Notes: generated from the sequence alone by a model not told the origin. Numbered from the stretch's first letter, positions 8,941-17,070 are shown. The stretch: DNA of 64,000 bases from an uncultured Saprospiraceae bacterium (GCA_964617515.1 CAZTXO010000005.1:98-64097), one strand, 5' to 3'. A program made the numbers and translations.

Positions 8941-9010
8941 TCCACTCTGCACTCTGCCTTCTCCACTCTGCCTTCTCCACTCTGCACGCTGCCTTCTGCA
9001 CTCTCCACTC
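8941..9010 (-). repeat. purine-rich (sense strand) simple repeat immediately after S41 stop codon
   Basis: Sense strand reads gaagagtggagagtgcagaaggcagcgtgcagagtggagaaggcagagtggagaaggcagagtgcagagtgga, with ~14-16-nt units. Confidence 0.8.
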
Positions 9011-9011
9011 T

Positions 9012-10046
9012 TCACCGTTCCGTCAACCACCGTATGGCTTCCCGGATCTTCAGATCCCTGTGCCAATCCTCGAAATCATCCCCTCCCGCAACATAAATAT
9101 CCGGATCCACGGTCCGCTTGTGTATGTTTTTGTTGCGGTCCGCCACAAAGTACGTGGCGAAATTGAGCAAGAACTCAGGGCTGAAAACAACATAACCGTT
9201 GGAGGTCGTATAGCCATCCGCCGTGGGCTCCCCGATAAACGCCGTATTGGATCTGCCTTTGAAGGCAATCGCGGTCATGGCCCCGGAACTCCCGGTATAA
9301 GGACCTGTCAGAATCGCAACAGGCAACCCTGTATGGTCACCCGGATGGCGTGCGGGCAGTTGCGTCACCTGGTCATCCCCGATAAAGAAATTTCCATCGC
9401 GGATTTCCCATCTGCGGACAATCGTATTAGTTATATCTGTTTCGTAGGCCAGCGGGACGTTTCCCAACAGGGTCCGCAAACCGGCCAGCATGGGGTACAT
9501 GTTGCCGCCCATATTGAGGCGCAGATCGAGGATACAACCTTTGGCATTCCGGTTTAGATAAGTCTCCACGGTATCACTGAGCATCTGGGCAAACAGGTTG
9601 ATCTGCTCCGCTGTGTTGGCGATCAGGCCGGGAAGGAGGATGTAGACGATGTGCCCATCGAGAAAGCGGATCCTGGGATGCCCGATATTTTCCCGGGCTT
9701 TTTCCTCAAGCGGCCTGATCCGCTGATAGACTTCATCGGTAACAGGATGGTAATAACCGAAATATTCGTTTCGCAGAAAAAGTTGGGTATGCACATCATC
9801 CATAGCCTGGAAGATGTCCACGAAACACTGCATCGTATCCCGTTCTGAATGGCCGCCGGCCAGGCACTGCCGGAAGAGCATATCCTGTTTTTTCCAGTCG
9901 ACCGTGTTTCGGTGAATGGAATTATACCGGATGAACGTAAAGACACTGTCCACGGAAACCGGGAATTGGGCGGTGATGCCGGAAAGTCCGAACAAGCCAT
10001 AGAAAAGGACAAGGGAAGACTGGCGTGAAAACAGGTTCGTGGCCAT
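9012..10046 (-). CDS. S41-family (C-terminal processing peptidase-like) secreted peptidase
   Basis: LTGPYTGSSGAMTAIAF and IGEPTADG resemble the S41 Ser region and its downstream motif. I chose the start at MATNLFSRQSSLVLFYG (signal peptide); the upstream ATG at 10109 is possible. Confidence 0.6.
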   Translation of the reverse strand: MATNLFSRQSSLVLFYGLFGLSGITAQFPVSVDSVFTFIRYNSIHRNTVDWKKQDMLFRQCLAGGHSERDTMQCFVDIFQAMDDVHTQLFLRNEYFGYYHPVTDEVYQRIRPLEEKARENIGHPRIRFLDGHIVYILLPGLIANTAEQINLFAQMLSDTVETYLNRNAKGCILDLRLNMGGNMYPMLAGLRTLLGNVPLAYETDITNTIVRRWEIRDGNFFIGDDQVTQLPARHPGDHTGLPVAILTGPYTGSSGAMTAIAFKGRSNTAFIGEPTADGYTTSNGYVVFSPEFLLNFATYFVADRNKNIHKRTVDPDIYVAGGDDFEDWHRDLKIREAIRWLTER

Positions 10047-10169
10047 GGTAACCTGGAATGAGATACCAGAATAACGGGAGTTGACAGGCTTTGCGTATAC
10101 AGGCAACATCCGTTCTTTCCATCGGGGTGGTGGCTCAGTTCTGTCAGCCGCTTCCCCGCGAAAAATTTC

Positions 10170-10568
10170 TCAATAAATCAGCTCGTCGGTTATGGTCAAC
10201 CGGCATTCACATATACCGCCACCGGCCAGGTTTTTGCGGACAGTGATGAATTCCCAATGGGAAGGAACGCCAGGATCCAGGTGTACGGTTCGATCAGCGC
10301 TGTCCTGGACGGCCAGCTGAAAGTCCATATAGGATCCCAAAGATTCACAGGTTTGGAAAAAACGTACCCGGCCCAGCCCGCCGTCCCTGAAGAGCGTGGA
10401 TTTCTGAAAAGGAGGCAACAGGAGACTGTCCCGTTTTCCGGTATGCTGGTATATGGCCCAGAGGGGATAGCTGCTTTGATTGTCCAGTGTGCGGCTATAT
10501 TGCACAAACGGATCACATGCCTGCAGGAAGAGAATAACGAAAACGGCAAAAGCCGATAGGCGTATCAA
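10170..10568 (-). CDS. hypothetical lipoprotein
   Basis: The N-terminus has a FLQAC lipobox-like site. Its TTG start overlaps the stop of the upstream S8 gene (TTGA). Confidence 0.4.
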   Translation of the reverse strand: MIRLSAFAVFVILFLQACDPFVQYSRTLDNQSSYPLWAIYQHTGKRDSLLLPPFQKSTLFRDGGLGRVRFFQTCESLGSYMDFQLAVQDSADRTVHLDPGVPSHWEFITVRKNLAGGGICECRLTITDELIY

Positions 10569-12337
10569 TTTTTAATCAGTTTGCCTGTTTGCAGCCGATT
10601 GCCGGAAATGATCCGGTACACATAGAGGCCGGTCATACTGGATGAAACATCAATGGTATGCTTTCGCTGGCCTTCAAAACGGATGACTTGGTGTTGGCGC
10701 AATGTACCATGAACATCGTACCATTCAAAAGTGACGGATCCAGCATCCTCCTGGCTTTCCACGATTAATTGATCGGTCACCGGATTGGGATACAGGTGGA
10801 AATAATTTTCAGCGGCCACATCCTGTGTCCCGGTGCCAATCAGCGCAATCGCTGCCTGCACGGCAGCCAGCACATCGATCCGTCCGTATCCATACGTGTT
10901 ATTGGGGATCTCTGTCCCCGGGATACCTCCGCATTCCTGGTCAGTCGTCCTGGGTACCGCCGTTTGCTCCAGTATATGCTCGATGATCTCCACCTTGCCT
11001 GCCAGAGCGGGATTGGCGGAAATAATCAGCGCCACCGCGCCGGCCACGTGTGGTCCTGCCATGCTCGTGCCGGAGGCAAATCCATATTGACCGCCAGGAC
11101 GGGCCGAACGGACACCCACGCCCGGTGCAGAGACATTCGGTTTGAGCCGGTTGCTGCCATCGACCGTCACCGGTCCGCGGCTGCTGAAACCGGCAATTGT
11201 ATCATTGATCGCTGTGGCGCCCACGGAGAAACTTCCGTCATAGATGGCTGCCGGGGTAGCCACGCTGCTGCATCCACTGCCGTCATTACCGGCGGAGACG
11301 ACGACGACCGTTCCGGCCATTCGTAAGTTGTCCACGGCGATGCGTAGCAATTCGAAATTGGATGTATCACATCCTTCGATATTCGGACAGCCCCATGAAT
11401 TGTTGATCACATGAGGCGCCATCGCGGGATCCGGATGCTGGTTGCTGAGATCCGTCGGCGCGAGAAACCATTGGAAACACTCGAGATACGTGAAGGGTGA
11501 ACCCCAGCCGCGTTCCATGTTGCGGCATCCGCACCATTTGGCATCCGGAGCGACACCGATTTCATTTTCCCCATCGGACCCGATCATGGTCCCCATGGTA
11601 TGGGTGCCGTGACTATTGTCGTCACAGGGAGCCAGGGTATTGAAGCCACAGGGATTGAGGGTGTCACTGTTGAGGGGGCTCGTCGTATGAATAGCATCGT
11701 GCCAGTTGTAATTATGATCAGTGGTATCATGGACTTCGTCGTAGCCCCGGTATTTCTTCTTGAGAGCCGGATGTGTCCAGTCATACCCGGTATCTTCACC
11801 GCCCACGACGACACCCTGTCCACGGAAGCTCAAAGCCCAGACTTCATCTGCGTTGATCTTGTCGATGCCCCATTCGATCTGGCCCCGGGGTTTGGCTGGT
11901 GAGGGCGCCGACCATTCAGCCGGTTCCGGAAAGTGCAGGGCAGGATTGTCCAGGAGGCGCCGGACATCCTTGCGCAGGGCCAGTTGGCGGATCAGGTCAG
12001 CATTGCCTTCTGTCCGGATGGCATTGACGATAAACAGGGATTCAAAGGGTATCTGATGTTCCTCCAGGAATGTTTTGATTTCTTGCTGGGACCCGTCAGC
12101 CGTGTGTTTCAATTGCTGAAAGACATAGGTGGCTTTAGCTACTTTGGTTTCGAGCCGGTCGGCTCCGGAAACATCGGCCTGTTCGGTCAGCAGGACGAGG
12201 AACGGAACCGATTGACCGTCACGGGTTTTATCCAGCAGGGTGGAGGTTACTTTTTGTTGCCAGGCGGGGTTGTTTTGGCTGTATGACGGGAATAGAAAGA
12301 CCACCCATAAGGTAAGGCCCGTAAGGATTTTCTTCAT
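10565..12337 (-). CDS. S8 subtilisin-like serine peptidase with T9SS C-terminal sorting domain
   Basis: Catalytic triad contexts: GGEDTGYD (Asp), HGTHTMGT (His), SGTSMAGPHVAG (Ser). The C-terminus, LYPNPVTDQLIV...VYRIISGNRLQTGKLIKN, is typical of a T9SS CTD. Confidence 0.9.
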   Translation of the reverse strand: MKKILTGLTLWVVFLFPSYSQNNPAWQQKVTSTLLDKTRDGQSVPFLVLLTEQADVSGADRLETKVAKATYVFQQLKHTADGSQQEIKTFLEEHQIPFESLFIVNAIRTEGNADLIRQLALRKDVRRLLDNPALHFPEPAEWSAPSPAKPRGQIEWGIDKINADEVWALSFRGQGVVVGGEDTGYDWTHPALKKKYRGYDEVHDTTDHNYNWHDAIHTTSPLNSDTLNPCGFNTLAPCDDNSHGTHTMGTMIGSDGENEIGVAPDAKWCGCRNMERGWGSPFTYLECFQWFLAPTDLSNQHPDPAMAPHVINNSWGCPNIEGCDTSNFELLRIAVDNLRMAGTVVVVSAGNDGSGCSSVATPAAIYDGSFSVGATAINDTIAGFSSRGPVTVDGSNRLKPNVSAPGVGVRSARPGGQYGFASGTSMAGPHVAGAVALIISANPALAGKVEIIEHILEQTAVPRTTDQECGGIPGTEIPNNTYGYGRIDVLAAVQAAIALIGTGTQDVAAENYFHLYPNPVTDQLIVESQEDAGSVTFEWYDVHGTLRQHQVIRFEGQRKHTIDVSSSMTGLYVYRIISGNRLQTGKLIKN

Positions 12338-12494
12338 GTGTCTCTTGATTCGACTACGAACTTACCCCATTTATGGGATATCCGGGTGAGCGTTCCTTTA
12401 AGGGAAGGTTAATGAACTTGTTTTGCCGGCAGATCTGTACTTGGGGGAAGCGCGCTTCATGAGAGGTTTGGTGAGAAAGCGCCTCTTGGACCAG

Positions 12495-12589
12495 GCCTTC
12501 GGAGGACGAAGTTGCGCCTCCTTCGATCGCTTGCGCCAAAGCTTCAGCGACGGAGCACACAGGAAGTACGCTCAGGGCAAGGAAAGTGA
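12495..12589 (-). repeat. 95-nt dispersed repeat, copy B (inverted relative to copy A)
   Basis: Its reverse complement matches 1646-1740 at 91 of 95 positions. It lies between the S8 peptidase start and the stop of 12683-13480. Confidence 0.9.
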
Positions 12590-12682
12590 GCATGTGAGAA
12601 GTCAGCAAATTGCCTAAACCAATAATAATCTCCCCTGTACATGTATTGAACCTTTCTTGCCTTCTTACCTGCCGGGCGGTTT

Positions 12683-13480
12683 TTACAAATCCTCTTCCCT
12701 TAGCAAAATGGCGGTGCATAGGGTAGCCAGCAACAGGCGCTCACGGGGATCGGTTTCTTTTAGGTAGATGATACCTTTGTCGATGATCGATACGGCGGCC
12801 ACGGCGTCCCCGTTTATATTGCGAATCTCGAAACCAGCGGACCCGAAAGGCATGGTTCCTACTTTCCCTTTTTTACTTTTCACCCGGGAGTAGGGTATAA
12901 CGGCGTAATACGTTTCAGCGTTTTTGGCGAGGTAACCAATGTATTTCTTCGGATGCCGCATGGCGGCTTCGTTGTCGAGAAAGAGGTCCCAGGTATCCCT
13001 CGTATCGCCTTCAAAAATCCGTGCGTAAAATATATTGGAGGACTCTACCCCAGGCCCCGCCAGATCAAGCAACAGGTTGAACGCACTCGAGGGATTATGG
13101 CCAATATTGAAATCCCGGACATGCATTTCACTTGCGCAAAAGGCCTGGCAGGAATGACCTGAAAGATTCCCCAGCGCGAAATAGAGCTTTTGCCGCTTAT
13201 GCGTGATGTCGGTGGTGATGATCTTTTTATAGAAATCGTCAGTCGGGACTCCCTGGGTAATTCCTTTCGTCACCTGGGTTCCTTTCGTCCAGGATCGGTC
13301 GATTTCCAGGGTCCTGAATTCGCCGAAGGTGATGGTCTGTTTGATGAGCAGCCCGGTTCTTCCCTTGACCGGATATTCCTGCACGCCCGTCCATGCAGCA
13401 CCTTCCAGGGCAAGTCCCATCGATTGTCCGCTGGCACGTGAAGTAATCAAAAACACTAAACAGATGGGGAGCCACTTCAT
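12683..13480 (-). CDS. hypothetical secreted protein
   Basis: 265-aa ORF with a signal peptide (MKWLPICLVFLITSRASGQ). I recognise no family. Confidence 0.45.
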   Translation of the reverse strand: MKWLPICLVFLITSRASGQSMGLALEGAAWTGVQEYPVKGRTGLLIKQTITFGEFRTLEIDRSWTKGTQVTKGITQGVPTDDFYKKIITTDITHKRQKLYFALGNLSGHSCQAFCASEMHVRDFNIGHNPSSAFNLLLDLAGPGVESSNIFYARIFEGDTRDTWDLFLDNEAAMRHPKKYIGYLAKNAETYYAVIPYSRVKSKKGKVGTMPFGSAGFEIRNINGDAVAAVSIIDKGIIYLKETDPRERLLLATLCTAILLREEDL

Positions 13481-13553
13481 AGTCGTATTTTTTTCGCGTA
13501 AGACGATATGTCCTCCAGAAAGGTTGGAAAATTTATTCCGTTACTGAAATCGT

Positions 13554-13579
13554 TCGACTAAACCACCTGGTTTAGTCGA
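13554..13579. promoter_or_regulatory. 26-bp perfect palindrome (12-nt arms, 2-nt spacer)
   Basis: tcgactaaacca-cc-tggtttagtcga. It sits 74-99 nt upstream of the start of 12683-13480. A one-mismatch copy of the half-site tGGTTTAGT (cGGTTTAGT) recurs at 13992-14000. Confidence 0.45.
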
Positions 13580-13996
13580 CCAGGAAAGGATGGATGGATC
13601 GCCCATGCCGTTCCCACAGATTTTATTTTTTTTATATATTATTTTCTCACATGTCATCGCGATCCGGGGGCCTAAGCCAGTTCCCGGTCTTAAGCCAGCC
13701 GGATACCAATTACACTGGTAATTTTTTACCCATATGTTCAGTCACGCTTTTCGAATTTGACGCGAAGCCTTAAAACAGCACCTGTTTTTAAATGGTTGCC
13801 CTATAATTCTTAGAAACCATTTCGCCCCATTTCCGCTATAGTATTGGCACTTTTTCACATTTTCTATTGTTTTAATACGTACTTTAGAAACCGGCTCGGG
13901 GCGTTTCTTATTTACTAACATCCTCATCCACAGCTTTCTCCACATTCCGGGAGGACAGCTCACCTGCGGGGATTGGCATAAACCTCCCAACCGGTT

Positions 13997-14004
13997 TAGT
14001 TTTG
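13997..14004 (+). promoter_or_regulatory. TAnnTTTG box, candidate dnaB promoter
   Basis: tagttttg, with a TTG 21 nt upstream (13973-13975). It lies 77 nt before the dnaB ATG. Confidence 0.4.
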
Positions 14005-14041
14005 AGCCCCTTTTAAACCAATTCATTGGATTTCACCTTTA

Positions 14042-14073
14042 CGATCACGGATCACCGATCACGGATCACCGAT
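14042..14073 (+). repeat. 7-nt periodic GATCAC(G/C) repeat in the dnaB leader
   Basis: cgatcacggatcac occurs twice, followed by cgat. This gives four GATC sites at 7-nt spacing. Confidence 0.85.
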
Positions 14074-14081
14074 TAGCGAAC

Positions 14082-15602
14082 ATGGCCGACCCTACTCCAT
14101 ACTCTTCTCCTGCTGCCGGCAGCCGGCTCAAACCGATCCGGACCGACAATGATCTCACCAACCTGGTATATGGTAAAGTGCAACCCCAGGCCACCCAGAT
14201 CGAAGAGGTGGTCCTGGGTGCCCTGATGCTGGACAAGGATGCCATGGCCATCGTCCTGGATATCCTGACACCCGATAGTTTTTATAAGAAACCCCACGCC
14301 ATCATATTCGAGGCAATGATCCGCCTCTTCGAACGCTCCCAGCCGGTGGATATCCTGACCGTGCACGAAGCGCTGAAAAAGTCAGGCAACCTGGAAGTAG
14401 TAGGCGGTGTCGGATTTCTCGTGGAACTGACCAATAAAGTTGCCAGTGCCGCCAATATCGAATTCCATTCCCGCATTATCGCCCAAAAACACATTCAGCG
14501 CGAACTTATCCGGGTCAGTACCACGACGATCAGTGATGCATTTGAGGACACGAAAGACGTCTTCCAGATGCTTGACGAGGCGGAAAGCAACCTCTTCGAC
14601 ATTACCCAAAAGAACCTCAATCGCCGCTATACCCGGCTCGGTGACCTGGCCGTGAAGGCGCAAAAGGAACTCGAAGCATTGTCGAAAAAAGTGGAAGGCA
14701 TCACGGGCGTTCCCTCCGGCTTCACGGAACTGGATCGCATCACCAATGGCTGGCAACGGTCTGACCTCGTCATTGTGGCGGCACGTCCCGGTATGGGTAA
14801 GACCGCCTTCACGCTGGCGCTGGCACGCAATGCCGCCCTTGACTTTAACCGTCCGGTGGCTTTCTTCTCCCTCGAAATGTCGGCCCTGCAGTTAACCCAC
14901 CGTCTCATGTCGATGGTCGCCGAGATCCCGGGCTCGAAATTACGTAACGCCCAACTCGAAGAATATGAGTGGCAACAACTGAACAGTGCAGTCGAGCGAT
15001 TTGCTGAAGTGCCCATTTATATTGATGACACGCCTGCGATCAACATCTTCGAGCTTCGCGCAAAATGCCGCCGGCTCAAAATGCACCATGATATCCAACT
15101 CATCGTCGTTGACTACCTCCAGTTGATGTCAGCAGGTCCGGATACCAAGCGCGGAGGAACGCGTGAACAGGAAATCAGTACGATCTCCCGCGCGCTGAAG
15201 ACGATGGCCAAGGAATTGGATGTCCCGGTCATCGCGCTCTCCCAGCTGAGCCGCGCCGTGGAGACGCGGGGTGGCAATAAGCGCCCGCAGCTTTCTGACC
15301 TTCGTGATTCGGGTGCTATCGAACAGGATGCCGATATCGTTTTGTTTATCTACCGCCCGGATTACTACGAGATGGAAGCGGATCCCACGATTTCGAAAGA
15401 CCAGGCGGAAATTCTCATCTCCAAACACCGGAACGGTGCCCTGGGTACGGTCAATCTCAAATTTATCAGCCAGTTTGCCAAGTTTACCGATCCCTCCGAT
15501 GATTTCTTCAGCGACCTCTCCGGCAAAGGGGCCGACCCGTACAACGCAATCATCACGCGTCCGTCGAGGATCAACGATGAGGATGAACCGATACCTTTTT
15601 AA
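14082..15602 (+). CDS. dnaB: replicative DNA helicase DnaB
   Basis: Full-length match to the DnaB pattern. Features: N-terminal PQATQIEEVVLGALML, Walker A ARPGMGKTAF, LIVVDYLQLM and SQLSRAVE. Confidence 0.95.
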   Translation: MADPTPYSSPAAGSRLKPIRTDNDLTNLVYGKVQPQATQIEEVVLGALMLDKDAMAIVLDILTPDSFYKKPHAIIFEAMIRLFERSQPVDILTVHEALKKSGNLEVVGGVGFLVELTNKVASAANIEFHSRIIAQKHIQRELIRVSTTTISDAFEDTKDVFQMLDEAESNLFDITQKNLNRRYTRLGDLAVKAQKELEALSKKVEGITGVPSGFTELDRITNGWQRSDLVIVAARPGMGKTAFTLALARNAALDFNRPVAFFSLEMSALQLTHRLMSMVAEIPGSKLRNAQLEEYEWQQLNSAVERFAEVPIYIDDTPAINIFELRAKCRRLKMHHDIQLIVVDYLQLMSAGPDTKRGGTREQEISTISRALKTMAKELDVPVIALSQLSRAVETRGGNKRPQLSDLRDSGAIEQDADIVLFIYRPDYYEMEADPTISKDQAEILISKHRNGALGTVNLKFISQFAKFTDPSDDFFSDLSGKGADPYNAIITRPSRINDEDEPIPF

Positions 15603-15603
15603 G

Positions 15604-15775
15604 GGAATTGGGTTGTAGGAGGCAGGAAGCTTTTGAAGGGTAGAAAGCTTATAGAGTTTATAGGGTTTATAGGGTTTATAGGGTTTATGGGGTTTATAGG
15701 AATTGATTAAGGATCTATCAACCTGATAACCTTTATAAGCTTTTTAACCTTCATCACCTTTTTAACCCCAATTCC
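15604..15775. repeat. imperfect long palindrome containing a 9-nt tandem repeat
   Basis: The left arm (ggaattgggtt...gaagggtagaaagcttatagag) is complementary to the right arm (ctttataagctttttaaccttca...aaccccaattcc). Five gtttatagg units at 15656-15700 expand the left arm only. Confidence 0.7.
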
Positions 15776-15820
15776 GTCCTTTCTCACCTAATCGCCATCA
15801 CCCCGTAAACCATACTCTAC

Positions 15821-15828
15821 TACCTTTG
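15821..15828 (+). promoter_or_regulatory. TAnnTTTG box 5 nt upstream of rluB ATG
   Basis: tacctttg followed by ccatc then the ATG at 15834. Confidence 0.4.
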
Positions 15829-15833
15829 CCATC

Positions 15834-16985
15834 ATGAGGAAGCAGCCGCCATCACCCGCCACAGGTAAGTCCAAAGGCTTATCTGGCGTCACGCCATCCG
15901 GCGACAAGTCATCCCGGACAGGCGAAAAAGCGGAAAAACGGAAAAGCGGGAAACCGGCCGTAAAACAACAACGAACCGGAAAGGAAGAAGCAGGAACACG
16001 CAAAACGAAAAGGCCCTCTTTGACCAAACCGGATTGGCGCGGTAAGGATACCGCCAGCACGGATAGACGGGCTAAGCCCGATCGGAAAAACACAAAGAGT
16101 GAAACAGCGTCAGGTGAATCTGCTAAAAGGAAGATAAAGGCCGGTACAAAGAACATGCCTCCGGATCAGCGGCACGATCGAATCAGCAAGAGTCATGACC
16201 ACCTCCCGCCTCCCCGTACGACAGGCGAACCTTTGCAAAAGAAAGAGGCACCAGGTTCCGTCGCGGAGTCAGAAGGGACGAGACTCAACAAATATCTCGC
16301 CCATGCGGGAATTGCTTCCCGGCGGGCAGCGGACACCCTGATCCTTCAGGGGCATGTCACCGTCAATGGAAAAGTGGTCCAGGAGATGGGGTATCGGGTA
16401 CAGGAAAGTGATGTGGTCACCTTCAAAGGAAGCCGGATCAAACCGGTTGATAAACTGGTGTATTACCTGCTCAACAAGCCGCGCAATGTCATTTCCACGG
16501 CCTCGGACGAGCGTGGCCGGAAGACGGTACTCGATGTGATCGCGGAAAAAATCCCGGAACGCATCTATCCCATCGGCAGGCTTGACCGGAACACTTCGGG
16601 GCTGATTGTCTTGACCAACGATGGTGAACTGACCAAAAAACTATCCCATCCCAGTCACCAGGTGCCTAAAGTATATCATGTGACCCTGGACAGAACCCTT
16701 TCGCTGAAAGAGTTTGAAGCCATTCGGGAAGGAATCACTTTGGAGGATGGGTTTATCAAGCCGGACAGCCTGCACTATATGGAGGGAATGACCAGGCGGG
16801 AGGTTCAGATCGAAGTGCACTCCGGTAAAAACAGGATTGTCCGCCGCATTTTTGAACACGTTGGGTACGAAGTGGTCAAGCTGGACAGGACCTATTATGC
16901 AGGCCTGACGAAAAAAAATCTCCCGCGCGGCCGTTTCCGCCCGCTGACCAAAGAAGAAGTCAGGATGCTCAAGCATTTTACCTGA
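15834..16985 (+). CDS. rluB: RluB/RsuA-family rRNA pseudouridine synthase with ~150-aa basic low-complexity N-terminal extension
   Basis: S4 domain RLNKYLAHAGIASRRAADTLI and catalytic GRLDRNTSGLIVLTNDG. The N-terminal 150 aa are K/R/S/T/P-rich. Confidence 0.85.
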   Translation: MRKQPPSPATGKSKGLSGVTPSGDKSSRTGEKAEKRKSGKPAVKQQRTGKEEAGTRKTKRPSLTKPDWRGKDTASTDRRAKPDRKNTKSETASGESAKRKIKAGTKNMPPDQRHDRISKSHDHLPPPRTTGEPLQKKEAPGSVAESEGTRLNKYLAHAGIASRRAADTLILQGHVTVNGKVVQEMGYRVQESDVVTFKGSRIKPVDKLVYYLLNKPRNVISTASDERGRKTVLDVIAEKIPERIYPIGRLDRNTSGLIVLTNDGELTKKLSHPSHQVPKVYHVTLDRTLSLKEFEAIREGITLEDGFIKPDSLHYMEGMTRREVQIEVHSGKNRIVRRIFEHVGYEVVKLDRTYYAGLTKKNLPRGRFRPLTKEEVRMLKHFT

Positions 16986-17062
16986 CGGGGTTTTTCAAAC
17001 CCGCATCCTTTTTGATACCCAACCTATTCCTTGCCCTCCGCCCTGGCCTTCTCCTAAGTTTT

Positions 17063-17070
17063 TATCTTTG
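17063..17070 (+). promoter_or_regulatory. TAnnTTTG box 4 nt upstream of the ATG at 17075
   Basis: tatctttg followed by aata then ATG. Confidence 0.4.

Noticed and set aside
1646-12589. Treating the inverted 95-nt repeats as the ends of a composite transposon or genomic island.
   Set aside because: There is no transposase, integrase or tRNA attachment site. No target-site duplication is visible at the outer edges. The repeats may simply be members of a dispersed family.
13924-13944. Possible oriC next to dnaB: two DnaA-box-like 9-mers (tcatccaca at 13924-13932, ttctccaca at 13936-13944) plus an AT-rich run.
   Set aside because: Only two degenerate boxes are present, each with one or more mismatches to TTATCCACA. 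There is no dnaA or dnaN nearby and no clear box cluster. This is insufficient to call an origin without GC-skew data.
13742-14026. 94-aa minus-strand ORF in the spacer upstream of dnaB.
   Set aside because: Its composition is K/R/C-rich and low-complexity. It has no motif and lies in an AT-rich region with promoter-like elements. It is more likely non-coding.
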